From Haloquadratum walsbyi C23 (GTDB lineage: Archaea > Halobacteriota > Halobacteria > Halobacteriales > Haloferacaceae): a DNA stretch of 32,000 nucleotides. This document shows positions 9,505 to 18,696 of this stretch, in pieces. The position numbers and the translations under genes are program-made. The notes beneath the pieces were generated by a model that searched no databases, was not told the origin of the DNA, and was given only the letters and a program-made list of their open reading frames with translations. The DNA is taken from assembly GCF_000237865.1 (NCBI RefSeq), contig NC_017459.1, positions 600,001 to 632,000 of the forward strand, given 5' to 3'. Position 1 is the stretch's first letter. The number at the start of each line of letters is the position of its first letter.

Positions 9505-9578
9505 TGCCGCCTCCCGGATTTGAACCGGGGACAGCTCGATCTTCAGTCGAGTGCTCTCCCAGTCTGAGCTAAGGCGGC
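9505..9578 (-). tRNA. tRNA-Phe (anticodon GAA)
   Basis: The reverse complement folds as a 74-nt cloverleaf: acceptor GCCGCCT/AGGCGGC, D arm GCTC-AGACTGGGA-GAGC, anticodon arm CTCGA-CTGAAGA-TCGAG, 5-nt variable loop, T arm CCCGG-TTCAAAT-CCGGG, discriminator A. No intron, and CCA is not encoded. Confidence 0.95.
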
Positions 9579-9602
9579 TCATTTCAGGTGAAGCTGACTG
9601 CG

Positions 9603-9618
9603 TAAAAAAGGGTTTCGA
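9603..9618 (-). promoter_or_regulatory. BRE/TATA promoter of tRNA-Phe
   Basis: The minus strand reads cgaaaccc-tttttta. The T-rich TATA box lies about 25-31 nt upstream of the tRNA 5' end, preceded by a purine-rich BRE-like cgaaa. Confidence 0.6.
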
Positions 9619-9836
9619 ATCGGAAAACCACCTGACTGCGTTGCCACAGATGAATAGAGATACAATAGTAACCGTGACTCATCACAACATCAGTCTCTCT
9701 CCGCCATCCAATATAACTCTGTAATCATCAGTTGAAAAAATCAGTCCTCGCTTTGATACTGAAAAATTGCTGTGCTTCGGTGGTCGAGACTCGGTCACTG
9801 ATCACGCTAATTTTGCTCGGTGAGAATAACCTATTA

Positions 9837-10469
9837 TTATAGATATGACATTGCTTCTGCGTCAGAGACCTGCTCGAACGTCTGATAAAACTGCCCAACA
9901 CCACGGAATTGCTGTGGTGTATTCAAGCAAATAACCGAGTCAGCACTTTGTTCAAGCATTTTGACAGTATCAGATGGTGCAACAGGAACTGCAACCGTCA
10001 CAGATGTTGTATTGATCTTACCAACTTGATCGAGACAGGCTTGGATGGTCGCCCCTGTTGCTGCGCCATCGTCGACGATAATAACATGACTATTGGTAAG
10101 ATCTGGAAAATCATCATTCTCACGATAGCGGATTGCCTTCTGGTTAGCTTGCTTTGCAATCGCTGCTTGCTCCTGCTCAAAATACGTCTCACTAGCACCA
10201 GTTTGTTGGATTGCTGTATCATTCCGCCAGACAGACCCATCACTGGCAACAGCACCGATAGCATATTCAGTATTTCTGGGTGCAGCAATTTTCTTTGCAA
10301 CGATAATATCAAGCGGCGTTGAAACAGTGTCCGCGACTACTCGCCCCAGTGGAAGTCCTCCGCGTGGAATAGCAAGTGTAATATCAGCATCGATCTCATA
10401 CGTGTGAAGCGCTGCGGCTAGTTGCTCTCCCGCGTCCACCCTATCCTCAAACTGGTTTGATTTAGCCAT
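9837..10469 (-). CDS. Phosphoribosyltransferase-family protein (type I PRTase fold)
   Basis: PRPP-binding motif VIIVDDGAATGAT, plus N-terminal LAIPRGGLPLG. ATG at 10469 (MAKSNQF...). The 17 codons upstream in the track ORF are AT-rich and not protein-like. Confidence 0.85.
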   Translation of the reverse strand: MAKSNQFEDRVDAGEQLAAALHTYEIDADITLAIPRGGLPLGRVVADTVSTPLDIIVAKKIAAPRNTEYAIGAVASDGSVWRNDTAIQQTGASETYFEQEQAAIAKQANQKAIRYRENDDFPDLTNSHVIIVDDGAATGATIQACLDQVGKINTTSVTVAVPVAPSDTVKMLEQSADSVICLNTPQQFRGVGQFYQTFEQVSDAEAMSYL

Positions 10470-10612
10470 GAATGGAATATATATCAAGTATCTATAAGAA
10501 TCTGATCTAGATAGACACATATGATATATAATAAAATAATCAATACATCAGATATTGGTGATACTAATTAACGCTATCACTACCGAAGAGCAAACACAGT
10601 CAGCGTATGCGG

Positions 10613-11689
10613 TTAATGCCGGTTATTTGATTGAAACTCTTGAACGGTCGATAGCGCTGGAATCCCGTTTTGTGCGCCAGCATGCTGCGTCGATAATGAT
10701 CCAGCAATAATCGCTTTCTCGACTGCCTGTAATAGTGACTTTTCCACCGGAAGCCGAGCAGCAAGATAACCGCTAAGAACATCACCAGCACCTGTCGTAT
10801 CGACTGTCTCAACCGCAGGAGGTGTAATCGATAATCGAGTTGAATCCGGTATTCTTCCTTCGGTTTGAGTTTCATCTTCTGGGTCCGTTGTCACGTGTAT
10901 CTGATCGGGGATATCAGACTCAGACTCATCAGGAATTATTCGAGGGGGAGAGAGGGTAAGATAGTCCGGTATCTCGACAATAACGTCATCACCACCTGCT
11001 TTGCGAATAAGGACACCATCGTACTCACTGAGTGCTGGTTTGAGTGCTGTGTATTCAGTCTCATTTGGTGTCACATAGTCAATAGCGCCCGGGTGAAGCA
11101 GTTTATCAGCGCCACCGGCGGGAGCAGGATCAAACAAGACAGCTGGTGAATTGTCACTCGCCGCAAGCCGATCAAGTAAGTGAGTGACTGGATCTGGCGG
11201 GATCTCATTTTGAATCAAGAGACAGTTACTCTCAATAATCGTCTCGAAGTGTGTATCAATATAGTCGATATCAATGTTCTTGTTAGCACCGGGGCGGACT
11301 ATAATACGGTTATCACCGTCGGGATCAATAAAAATATCTGCGGTCCCAGTTGGCATTGCTGCTGACCGCACATTATCGATATTGACACCGAATTCACTGA
11401 GATGTTCACAAACGCCTGTGCTTTCCGCATCAGACCCAACAACACCAAGAAGCGTTGTTTGAGCCCCCGCCTTTGTTGCAGCTATAGCCTGGTTTGCTCC
11501 TTTCCCACCATATTGTACCATATCTGGCGGTGTCGGGATCGATGACGGGAGCGATTCGACATCATGTATAATTGTTTCGCCCTGATCCGGAAACCATGCA
11601 TGCGCTGATGTGAGACCTTTGAGCACGTCAGCTGAGACGTGATGAATTCGATCCACGTTAATGCTACCAAGACTGATTACGTCAGGCAT
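10613..11689 (-). CDS. rbsK: PfkB-family sugar kinase, ribokinase-like, with acidic insertions
   Basis: Ribokinase signatures GGKGANQAIAA near the N-terminus and VDTTGAGD near the C-terminus. NETE motif in TPNETEY. ATG at 11689. Confidence 0.8.
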   Translation of the reverse strand: MPDVISLGSINVDRIHHVSADVLKGLTSAHAWFPDQGETIIHDVESLPSSIPTPPDMVQYGGKGANQAIAATKAGAQTTLLGVVGSDAESTGVCEHLSEFGVNIDNVRSAAMPTGTADIFIDPDGDNRIIVRPGANKNIDIDYIDTHFETIIESNCLLIQNEIPPDPVTHLLDRLAASDNSPAVLFDPAPAGGADKLLHPGAIDYVTPNETEYTALKPALSEYDGVLIRKAGGDDVIVEIPDYLTLSPPRIIPDESESDIPDQIHVTTDPEDETQTEGRIPDSTRLSITPPAVETVDTTGAGDVLSGYLAARLPVEKSLLQAVEKAIIAGSLSTQHAGAQNGIPALSTVQEFQSNNRH

Positions 11690-11932
11690 CTATGAAAGGA
11701 GACTGTTGTGATATGATATTTGAAGATTAGCCATCAGTGAACTATGTGCTTAGGATTCTTGTTATTATTTTGACACCTGATAGTGAGTATGAGTATAGAT
11801 AGCGACTGTGTAAGATAGTTTGAAGTCTCTATAGGTAATAAAAGCGGTGCATACCGGAGTAGCAGAGAATAGCAGATCACCATACTCGATTACGCTGGAC
11901 TTCGTGTGTTGTAATTCGAGTAATATCAACGA

Positions 11933-12646
11933 TTATTCTCCAGATAATCCAGCGTTGAGAAATCGCTCAGGATTCGGGAAGAATGTCGTAGCGTCACCAT
12001 GTAAGAGCGTTGCAATATGTGTCCCATCAAGATAGTGAAGATGTGAAATCATTCGATTACAGTTCATTGCAACCCTCACTAATGATGCGGCATGAGTGAT
12101 TGAGTACGCGCCAGCGATAAATAATGACCGTGGTGGTGATACCTCCTCAATGCAGATGCATTCGGTGACGATGAATACTGTTCCCTTGACCACTCGTTGA
12201 TATACGAGCGTTTCATCCACAGTGAACGGCGGATCAATAAATTCAATTGAATCCTCTGCATTGCGGGGGACAACATGTGAGATCCCCCATTTCGGTGTAG
12301 ATGAACACTCGGGGGGAGTCATAATAATCGAGCTGGCGACATTGATATCACCACTCATATTCTCAGTATTTATTTTATGATCATCGTTAGTGGGTCCACG
12401 AGGCATTGTTTCAGCAGCGACCACAAGCGCTGTATGATATCCATCGGCTTCGCGATCATCAACCATTCGATAGGTATCCTCAATTGTTGCTTTCCATCCA
12501 TCGCGAACGGCATCAGCGGCAGCAGCGATATGTGCTGGGCTACCACTCATGTCGTACTCGCGGGATTGCTCACCAGGAATACCAGAATCTGGACCAATCC
12601 GCATTATATCAGTACATGATTGCGCACCTGCCTGAATGTTCCCCAT
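11933..12646 (-). CDS. Conserved hypothetical protein (soluble, acidic)
   Basis: 237-aa ORF with ATG at 12646; alternative ATGs at 12604 and 12550 (MSGSPAHIAAAADAV...). Composition is protein-like. No recognisable motif. Confidence 0.6.
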   Translation of the reverse strand: MGNIQAGAQSCTDIMRIGPDSGIPGEQSREYDMSGSPAHIAAAADAVRDGWKATIEDTYRMVDDREADGYHTALVVAAETMPRGPTNDDHKINTENMSGDINVASSIIMTPPECSSTPKWGISHVVPRNAEDSIEFIDPPFTVDETLVYQRVVKGTVFIVTECICIEEVSPPRSLFIAGAYSITHAASLVRVAMNCNRMISHLHYLDGTHIATLLHGDATTFFPNPERFLNAGLSGE

Positions 12647-12716
12647 CTCAAGACGACAGCTCCTTATTCTCGTTTTTATATCATGTCATTGGCATAATAT
12701 GACCACATACATTAAT

Positions 12717-13178
12717 TCAGATATGAATATCAAGTCCAATCTCAAAATAAAGTGACGTCGCAAGGACAAGGAGACTTGTCGCAAAAAGTTTCCAGTCGCG
12801 ACTTACTCGTTCGTTGATCGAAAGGCGATTATCACGTAATGGTGGGATTGTTTGAATCCGCGTTTCAAACCCATATTCAGTGTTAGTATCAGCCGAAAAT
12901 TGACCAAGCGATATTTGCCGGTGTGTCCTGTCTGATGATCCTTTATGTTCCGAACGAGTGTTCATTGCACGACGACGAACACGCTTCGGTTGAATTCCAA
13001 CACTTCCAATCCCAAAAAGTAGAATCCCAACCAGAAATAAGGCATTTTTTACAGCAACGAGGTTTGTCCAAATGACGAATGCGGTGACACCGCTTAGTAT
13101 GACAGTTACTGTTGATGCAATCAACACCCAAAGCAGAAACTCAGTCAATTGTAATATCAGTTTAGATGTTTGTAGCAT
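12717..13178 (-). CDS. Small membrane protein of unknown function
   Basis: 153-aa ORF with ATG at 13178. Two or three N-terminal TM helices, a basic loop (KRVRRRAMNTRSEHK) and a C-terminal TM helix. It starts 25 nt downstream of the dppF stop on the same strand. Confidence 0.55.
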   Translation of the reverse strand: MLQTSKLILQLTEFLLWVLIASTVTVILSGVTAFVIWTNLVAVKNALFLVGILLFGIGSVGIQPKRVRRRAMNTRSEHKGSSDRTHRQISLGQFSADTNTEYGFETRIQTIPPLRDNRLSINERVSRDWKLFATSLLVLATSLYFEIGLDIHI

Positions 13179-13202
13179 TATTGACTGTGTCTGATTGAGT
13201 GT

Positions 13203-14636
13203 CTAATCAACTGACGAATGCGTCCCAGCATCAGGGTCATTGAGACGCCGGTCAAATATCGTCGAGACATCGTCATGTTCAGATTTATGACAGTGACAGT
13301 AGCTTCGTTGTGTCGTCGCTATGGAAGATACTTTGGAGTTCTGAGACGTATCGATATCGCTGACAGCCTGTAATGTCGGTTCCTCGCGATCACAGATGCT
13401 ACCGAATGTGTCCCGAAGTAACTCGCGTGCCTTCTCAGGATATCCTGATTTGATATGCTCGACGGCTGATTCAATTGGGTTGACAACTGCTGGTGGGAAT
13501 TCCTGTAAGTCGCCAAAGAGATCTGTAACAGCTGAATCAATATCATCATGTGCTGAGAATACGCCAAGTTGTCGGGTAATCCGCCCACGAACACCAGGAT
13601 CTACCCGGGAACGCTCACGAACGACTTCCCGAAAGCGCTCAATACGTTCCCACGTTGTTGCATCGAGATGATCAAGTTCGCTTGGGCGGAGTTTCGCTGG
13701 GCATCGTGTCGCGAACTGACATCCTGTCGGGGGATCACGAGGACTTGGTGGTGTCCCTGGAAGTGTGATACGTGTTGTCTCATCCTGTGGGTCTGGATTC
13801 GGAATTGCTGAAAGCAGTGCTCGCGTGTATGGATTCTGTGGATTTTGATACAATTGCTCTGTTTCACCAATCTCCATTATTTTTCCAAGATATAATACTG
13901 CGACTCGATCACATATATGTCTAACTACTGAAAGGTCATGGGCAATAAACAGATATGTCAATCCAAACTTTGCCTGCAGGTCATCAAGCAGTGAGATAAT
14001 TTTCGCTTGAACACTCACATCAAGCGCACTCACCGGTTCATCAAGTACAAGAAACTCCGGTTCAAGCGCAAGTGCACGTGCGATACCGACGCGTTGGCGT
14101 TGACCACCAGAGAACTGGTGCGGGTACCGGACATAATGTTCGGGTTGAAGCCCAACATCAGCAAGTAGTGTTTGAACCCGGTTACGACGTTCACTTTTTG
14201 TCCCCCATTCATGCGCATCAAGTGGCTCACGGATGATCTCACCAACCGTCATGCGATCATTAAGACTCGACTCCGGATCCTGAAATACAATTTGTGCACG
14301 TTGACGCCACTCAGTCAGTGAATCGCCATGTAATGTCGTGACGTCAGTCCCATCAAAGGTAATATCTCCTGCTGTTGCTGTCTCTAATTGGACAAGTGTG
14401 CGCCCTAACGTGGTCTTTCCAGAGCCAGACTCGCCAACAAGTCCAAGCGTCTCACCACGCTCAATTTGAAAGCTGACCCCATCGACTGCTTTTACTGGTG
14501 GATCCGCAAATGCACCATCGCCACCATAGTATGTTTTCAAATCTTTAACAGTCACAAGCGGGTCTGTGGTTACATCGGATTCCAACTGCGAGGACCGTGC
14601 TGACTCGTCAGGACGAGAATCAACTGTTTTACTCAT
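13203..14636 (-). CDS. dppF: Peptide (Dpp/Opp-type) ABC transporter ATP-binding protein with a ~100-aa C-terminal insertion
   Basis: Walker [10 protein letters not shown], signature [12 protein letters not shown], Walker [13 protein letters not shown]-loop IAHDL, and the oligopeptide C-terminal motif NPYTRALL. The start is uncertain: ATG at 14636 is 2 nt past the dppD stop, and alternatives are ATG 14657 and GTG 14681. Confidence 0.9.
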   Translation of the reverse strand: MSKTVDSRPDESARSSQLESDVTTDPLVTVKDLKTYYGGDGAFADPPVKAVDGVSFQIERGETLGLVGESGSGKTTLGRTLVQLETATAGDITFDGTDVTTLHGDSLTEWRQRAQIVFQDPESSLNDRMTVGEIIREPLDAHEWGTKSERRNRVQTLLADVGLQPEHYVRYPHQFSGGQRQRVGIARALALEPEFLVLDEPVSALDVSVQAKIISLLDDLQAKFGLTYLFIAHDLSVVRHICDRVAVLYLGKIMEIGETEQLYQNPQNPYTRALLSAIPNPDPQDETTRITLPGTPPSPRDPPTGCQFATRCPAKLRPSELDHLDATTWERIERFREVVRERSRVDPGVRGRITRQLGVFSAHDDIDSAVTDLFGDLQEFPPAVVNPIESAVEHIKSGYPEKARELLRDTFGSICDREEPTLQAVSDIDTSQNSKVSSIATTQRSYCHCHKSEHDDVSTIFDRRLNDPDAGTHSSVD

Positions 14637-15774
14637 GATATTCACCGGTATTAGCATCTGCTTCTGTCTCTGTCTCTGCACGACGACGATGTTTCGCTAC
14701 GCGCGGTGATTCTTCCATCTCCGCTGGATAAAGAAGACAGGCCGTTGTATGGGTTGAATTATCATCAACACTGACATGTTGTGGCGGCACGGCCTCACAC
14801 TCATCGAAGGCTTTTGGACACCGCGGCGCAAATCGACAGTTACTTGCGGGTGCATTGGGCGTTGGGACATCACCCTCAATCGTCCGTAATCCATCATCAC
14901 CAGACCGCCGTCCGGGGATAGCATCTAGCAGCCCGCGTGTATATGGATGTTGTGGGGATTGAAATAGCCGTTCGACAGGAGCTTGTTCAACAATCTCACC
15001 CGCATATACAACGTTTACACGATCTGCAATTTGGGCAATAACACCCATATCATGTGTAATGAATAGGATTGAAAGATCACGCTTCTGTTGTATCTCAGAG
15101 AGAAGATCAAGGATTTGTGCTTGAATAGTTACATCAAGTGCGGTTGTTGGTTCATCACAGATAAGAAATTCCGGATCACAGGCTAGCATCATCGCAATGA
15201 CCGCTCGTTGTCGCATTCCGCCAGAGAACTCATGTGGGTACTCCGAAAGTCGACGGGCGGGGTCTGGAATTGCAACGGCTTCAAGTAACTCAATCGCTTG
15301 GCGACGTGCCTCCTCACCACGGATATTCTGATTAACAGCAAGTGCTTCACGGATTTGATTGCCGATTGTATACACTGGATTGAGTGATTGTTGAGGATCC
15401 TGAAACACCATTCCAATACCATCACCACGGATTGCACGATATTCATCATCGCTGTAGTCGGTGAGTTCGTCATTGTTGAATCTAATCGAAGACGCTGGGA
15501 GTATCTCACCCGGTGCATCGATCAGACCCATAATTGAGCGGGCAGTCACACTTTTACCCGAGCCAGACTCACCGACAATACCGACTGTTTCGCCACGACG
15601 GACATCAAAATCAATCCCATCAACGGCATAGATTGTTTCACGATCAGTGCGAAAAACCGTCGTGAGATTGTGAACAGAAAGAACGACATCATCATCAGGT
15701 TGAGCTGATGTCGACGTTTTTCGGTCGACATCCGGTATCATTGAATCTGAGTTGGATCCTGCTGACGATTCCAT
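14629..15774 (-). CDS. dppD: Peptide (Dpp/Opp-type) ABC transporter ATP-binding protein
   Basis: Walker A GESGSGKSV, signature FSGGMRQR, Walker B LICDEPTTALD, H-loop ITHDMG, HPYTRGLL, and a canonical Cys-rich tail CRFAPRCP..C..AC. ATG at 15774 overlaps the dppC stop (TGATG). Confidence 0.92.
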   Translation of the reverse strand: MESSAGSNSDSMIPDVDRKTSTSAQPDDDVVLSVHNLTTVFRTDRETIYAVDGIDFDVRRGETVGIVGESGSGKSVTARSIMGLIDAPGEILPASSIRFNNDELTDYSDDEYRAIRGDGIGMVFQDPQQSLNPVYTIGNQIREALAVNQNIRGEEARRQAIELLEAVAIPDPARRLSEYPHEFSGGMRQRAVIAMMLACDPEFLICDEPTTALDVTIQAQILDLLSEIQQKRDLSILFITHDMGVIAQIADRVNVVYAGEIVEQAPVERLFQSPQHPYTRGLLDAIPGRRSGDDGLRTIEGDVPTPNAPASNCRFAPRCPKAFDECEAVPPQHVSVDDNSTHTTACLLYPAEMEESPRVAKHRRRAETETEADANTGEYHE

Positions 15775-17336
15775 CAGGCACCACCCCCAGTCACTCCTTC
15801 AGTCTGATCACTGCCATTGCTTTCTGGATCAATTGCATCTCGCAGTCCATCACCGAATGCGTTCAATCCAGTCACAAGAAGGACAATCATCAGTCCTGGG
15901 AGTAATGAAATGTGCCAAGATGAACTGGAAACATAACTCTGTCCAAGCGAAACCGCCCGCCCCCATGCTGGTGTTGGTGGCGTAATTCCAAGACCATTGC
16001 CAAGGAACGACAAGGCGGCAAGTCCAATAATAATGCCCCCAGTTGAGAGAGAAGCATACACCAACAGATACCCAGTTACATATGGAAGCATATGCTTTCG
16101 CATAATCGTCCGTGGGGTCTGTCCAAAGCTGCGAGCAGCATCAACCCATGACTCGCGGGCGACCTGTAATGCCGGTCCACGAACAGCTCGCCAAAGAAAT
16201 GGCCATCCAGTGAATGCAAATATCAACGCAAGAAGGAACCCACCATCTAACACCGTTGCAAGCCAATGATCAGCAAAGACGGCGCTAATCATAATTAATA
16301 ATAATAACTGTGGGACAGAAACAACACCATCGGCTGTCGTGAGGATGCCAAGATCAATTCGACCCCCATAGAATGCAGACATCATCGCAAGTGTGGCAGC
16401 AATAAGACTACTCAATCCAATTGCAAGACCAGCAACGATAAGCGTAATCCGTGCGCCACCCATCATAAATGTGAATAAATCCCGACCGTTCGGGAGTGTT
16501 CCAAACGGATGGAATCGATTGAATTCATCATAACTCATTGGACCAACATTCTGTTCACTCGAACCCTTTGACTTCGAGTCAAAATTGGCATCGCCAGCAG
16601 TAATTGTTTCAACAGTTTGAGTATCTGTGTTGAGATATGTAATCTCATGACTATATGGCGAAATAATATTTTGCTCGACAGTGGTTGGTCCAAGTGCGGG
16701 TCCAAACAGTGCCATCGTAAGGAATAGTGCGATAATAATAATACCAAACTGTCCCCAGCGGTGCTCAGAGAGCCGATCAACGATATCATCAGTCGGGGTC
16801 CATTCAGCATGTCGGTAGTGATCACGAAAGATTGTCCATCCTCGGAAGATCCAGTAGAAGACAAATAATGAGTATCCAATAATCAATAATGCACGGAGCG
16901 CCCATGCGAGACCTGGTTCAACACCAAATATTGGACCAGCCCACGGGCCATCGGGGCTCATAAGATGACCCTGGTTCGGAACTGTCTCTCGACTTAAGAG
17001 CGTTGGAATCCCCTCAGCGGCATCGCGAGCAGTCGTAATTGCATTTGAAGCCGTTGTCTGTATATCAACAACGGTGGCTGCGAGTTGTGGATTAATCACG
17101 CCAACAGCAATATCAATAAACGCGGTCAGACCAATGACAACACCGTCAAGAATTGTCAATAACCCACCAAGAAAGGCGCCAAGCTCAACTGCAAGCAATC
17201 CAGCGGCAACAACCGCCCATCTGATTGCTGGCGTTGGTTCGGCAGTAATACGAGCGCGAACTGATTGGCCATCGCGCTGAAACGGGTCATCAGCGGTCGT
17301 CTCAACGGTCGAGGTTGTGTGAGAGCGTGCGCACAT
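15774..17336 (-). CDS. dppC: Peptide ABC transporter permease (DppC/OppC type) with a ~180-aa N-terminal membrane extension
   Basis: The C-terminal ~330 aa align by eye to DppC-type permeases (GTLPNGRDLFTFMMGGARITL..., EAA-like loop ESWVDAARSFGQTPRTIMRKHMLP). ATG at 17336. Confidence 0.9.
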   Translation of the reverse strand: MCARSHTTSTVETTADDPFQRDGQSVRARITAEPTPAIRWAVVAAGLLAVELGAFLGGLLTILDGVVIGLTAFIDIAVGVINPQLAATVVDIQTTASNAITTARDAAEGIPTLLSRETVPNQGHLMSPDGPWAGPIFGVEPGLAWALRALLIIGYSLFVFYWIFRGWTIFRDHYRHAEWTPTDDIVDRLSEHRWGQFGIIIIALFLTMALFGPALGPTTVEQNIISPYSHEITYLNTDTQTVETITAGDANFDSKSKGSSEQNVGPMSYDEFNRFHPFGTLPNGRDLFTFMMGGARITLIVAGLAIGLSSLIAATLAMMSAFYGGRIDLGILTTADGVVSVPQLLLLIMISAVFADHWLATVLDGGFLLALIFAFTGWPFLWRAVRGPALQVARESWVDAARSFGQTPRTIMRKHMLPYVTGYLLVYASLSTGGIIIGLAALSFLGNGLGITPPTPAWGRAVSLGQSYVSSSSWHISLLPGLMIVLLVTGLNAFGDGLRDAIDPESNGSDQTEGVTGGGA

Positions 17337-17478
17337 ATGAACGAAGTTATGAATTGAATTCAGGACATTCGAGAGTGAGGCTCAGATTTGGAACAAGTCA
17401 TCTCAGTATATAATAAGCAATCACGTACACGAGTGTAGGTACGAGTGCGGGTGGTAGTACTGACGTATTCGGTATGAT

Positions 17479-18570
17479 TCATTGTTCGGTATCTTCGAGT
17501 GTGATCCTTGGGTCAACAACTGTGTAGAGAAGGTCTTGTGTGATATTGAATAATACTTGGATGATAATAAAGACAAAGACGAGTGTCATCACAACTGGAA
17601 TATCCGGACCAAGAACAGCCCGGAAGAATAGATTACCAAGTCCATTAATACTGAATACTTGCTCAACCAGTACCGACCCGCCGATGAGCAAATAAAACTC
17701 ACCCATGATCACTGGTAGTAGTGGCACAATTGCATTGCGACCAACATGTTTGATAATTATTCGTCGTGCTGAGAGTCCCTTTGCTTTTGCCGTTTCAATA
17801 TACTTTGAGTTCAGACTCTCGAGAACTGCTGTCCGACCAATCCGGATCTCGTTTCCCATCGACGCGGATCCCAGCACAAGTGCTGCAGGGAGGATCCATT
17901 TGAACGCGATAATGAAATTCTCAACATTTGGAATGGGAATAATCACTAACCCAATGATTGGTGCTGCTCCAAAGGGGTCAATAACGGTAAAGAGCTGCCG
18001 CACTGCAGCGGGTGTTCCAATAACATCGGTATTCACACCAAATGCCCGATACCATGAAAGAACACCACCGGCCGAAAGACTCCCAGCAATCATCACTGCA
18101 AGCCAAAAGTTAGGCATTGCTCGCCAGATAATACCGCCACCAGAGGCAACGTAATCTCCCCATGTATTCGCTTTGAGTCCAGCGTACAGCCCAACCGGAA
18201 TACCAATTAATAATGCAATGACAACCGACCACCACCCAAGCCATAGCGTGGGCGCCATTCGTCCAAGAATAACGCTTTGCACGGATGCTCCGCGCTGAAT
18301 AATCCAGGATTGACCAAACTGAAAGGTGACAAGATCTCGTAATACCATCCCATATTGTTCCCATAATGGAATCGGTGTTCCATTCGGGCGAATAATCCCG
18401 AGCGAAATTCGAAGCTGACGGGCAGCCTCAGGATTTGCATCTCGACCAAGGATAGACAATACCGGGTCGATAGGACCCTTATACATGATTAAAAACGACA
18501 TCGTCAACCCAAACAGAAGGACTGGAATGGCTAACGCAAATCGTTTCAATATATATATAAATCGGTTCAT
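17479..18570 (-). CDS. dppB: Peptide ABC transporter permease (DppB/OppB type)
   Basis: 363-aa polytopic ORF. N-terminus MNRFIYILKRFALAIPVL is typical of DppB. EAA loop YIETAKAKGLSARRIIIKHVGRNA. C-terminus DLLYTVVDPRI. Confidence 0.92.
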   Translation of the reverse strand: MNRFIYILKRFALAIPVLLFGLTMSFLIMYKGPIDPVLSILGRDANPEAARQLRISLGIIRPNGTPIPLWEQYGMVLRDLVTFQFGQSWIIQRGASVQSVILGRMAPTLWLGWWSVVIALLIGIPVGLYAGLKANTWGDYVASGGGIIWRAMPNFWLAVMIAGSLSAGGVLSWYRAFGVNTDVIGTPAAVRQLFTVIDPFGAAPIIGLVIIPIPNVENFIIAFKWILPAALVLGSASMGNEIRIGRTAVLESLNSKYIETAKAKGLSARRIIIKHVGRNAIVPLLPVIMGEFYLLIGGSVLVEQVFSINGLGNLFFRAVLGPDIPVVMTLVFVFIIIQVLFNITQDLLYTVVDPRITLEDTEQ

Positions 18571-18696
18571 TTGAATGGTCGATGTAATATTGATAGACTT
18601 GGTTTCATCTGTGGGATGCTAGAAGTCTCATATTTTTACTGAGAGTCAGACTGTATTGTAATACGTACTGTTTAAACGAATATCCTACCCTACTTA

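Noticed and set aside
17705-18154. 149-aa ORF antisense to dppB. Other antisense or off-frame ORFs of the same kind: 1235-1645, 9909-10322, 28394-29187, 29608-29961, 30728-31075
   Set aside because: All lie within genes that have clear family motifs on the other strand or frame. None has a recognisable motif or acidic composition.
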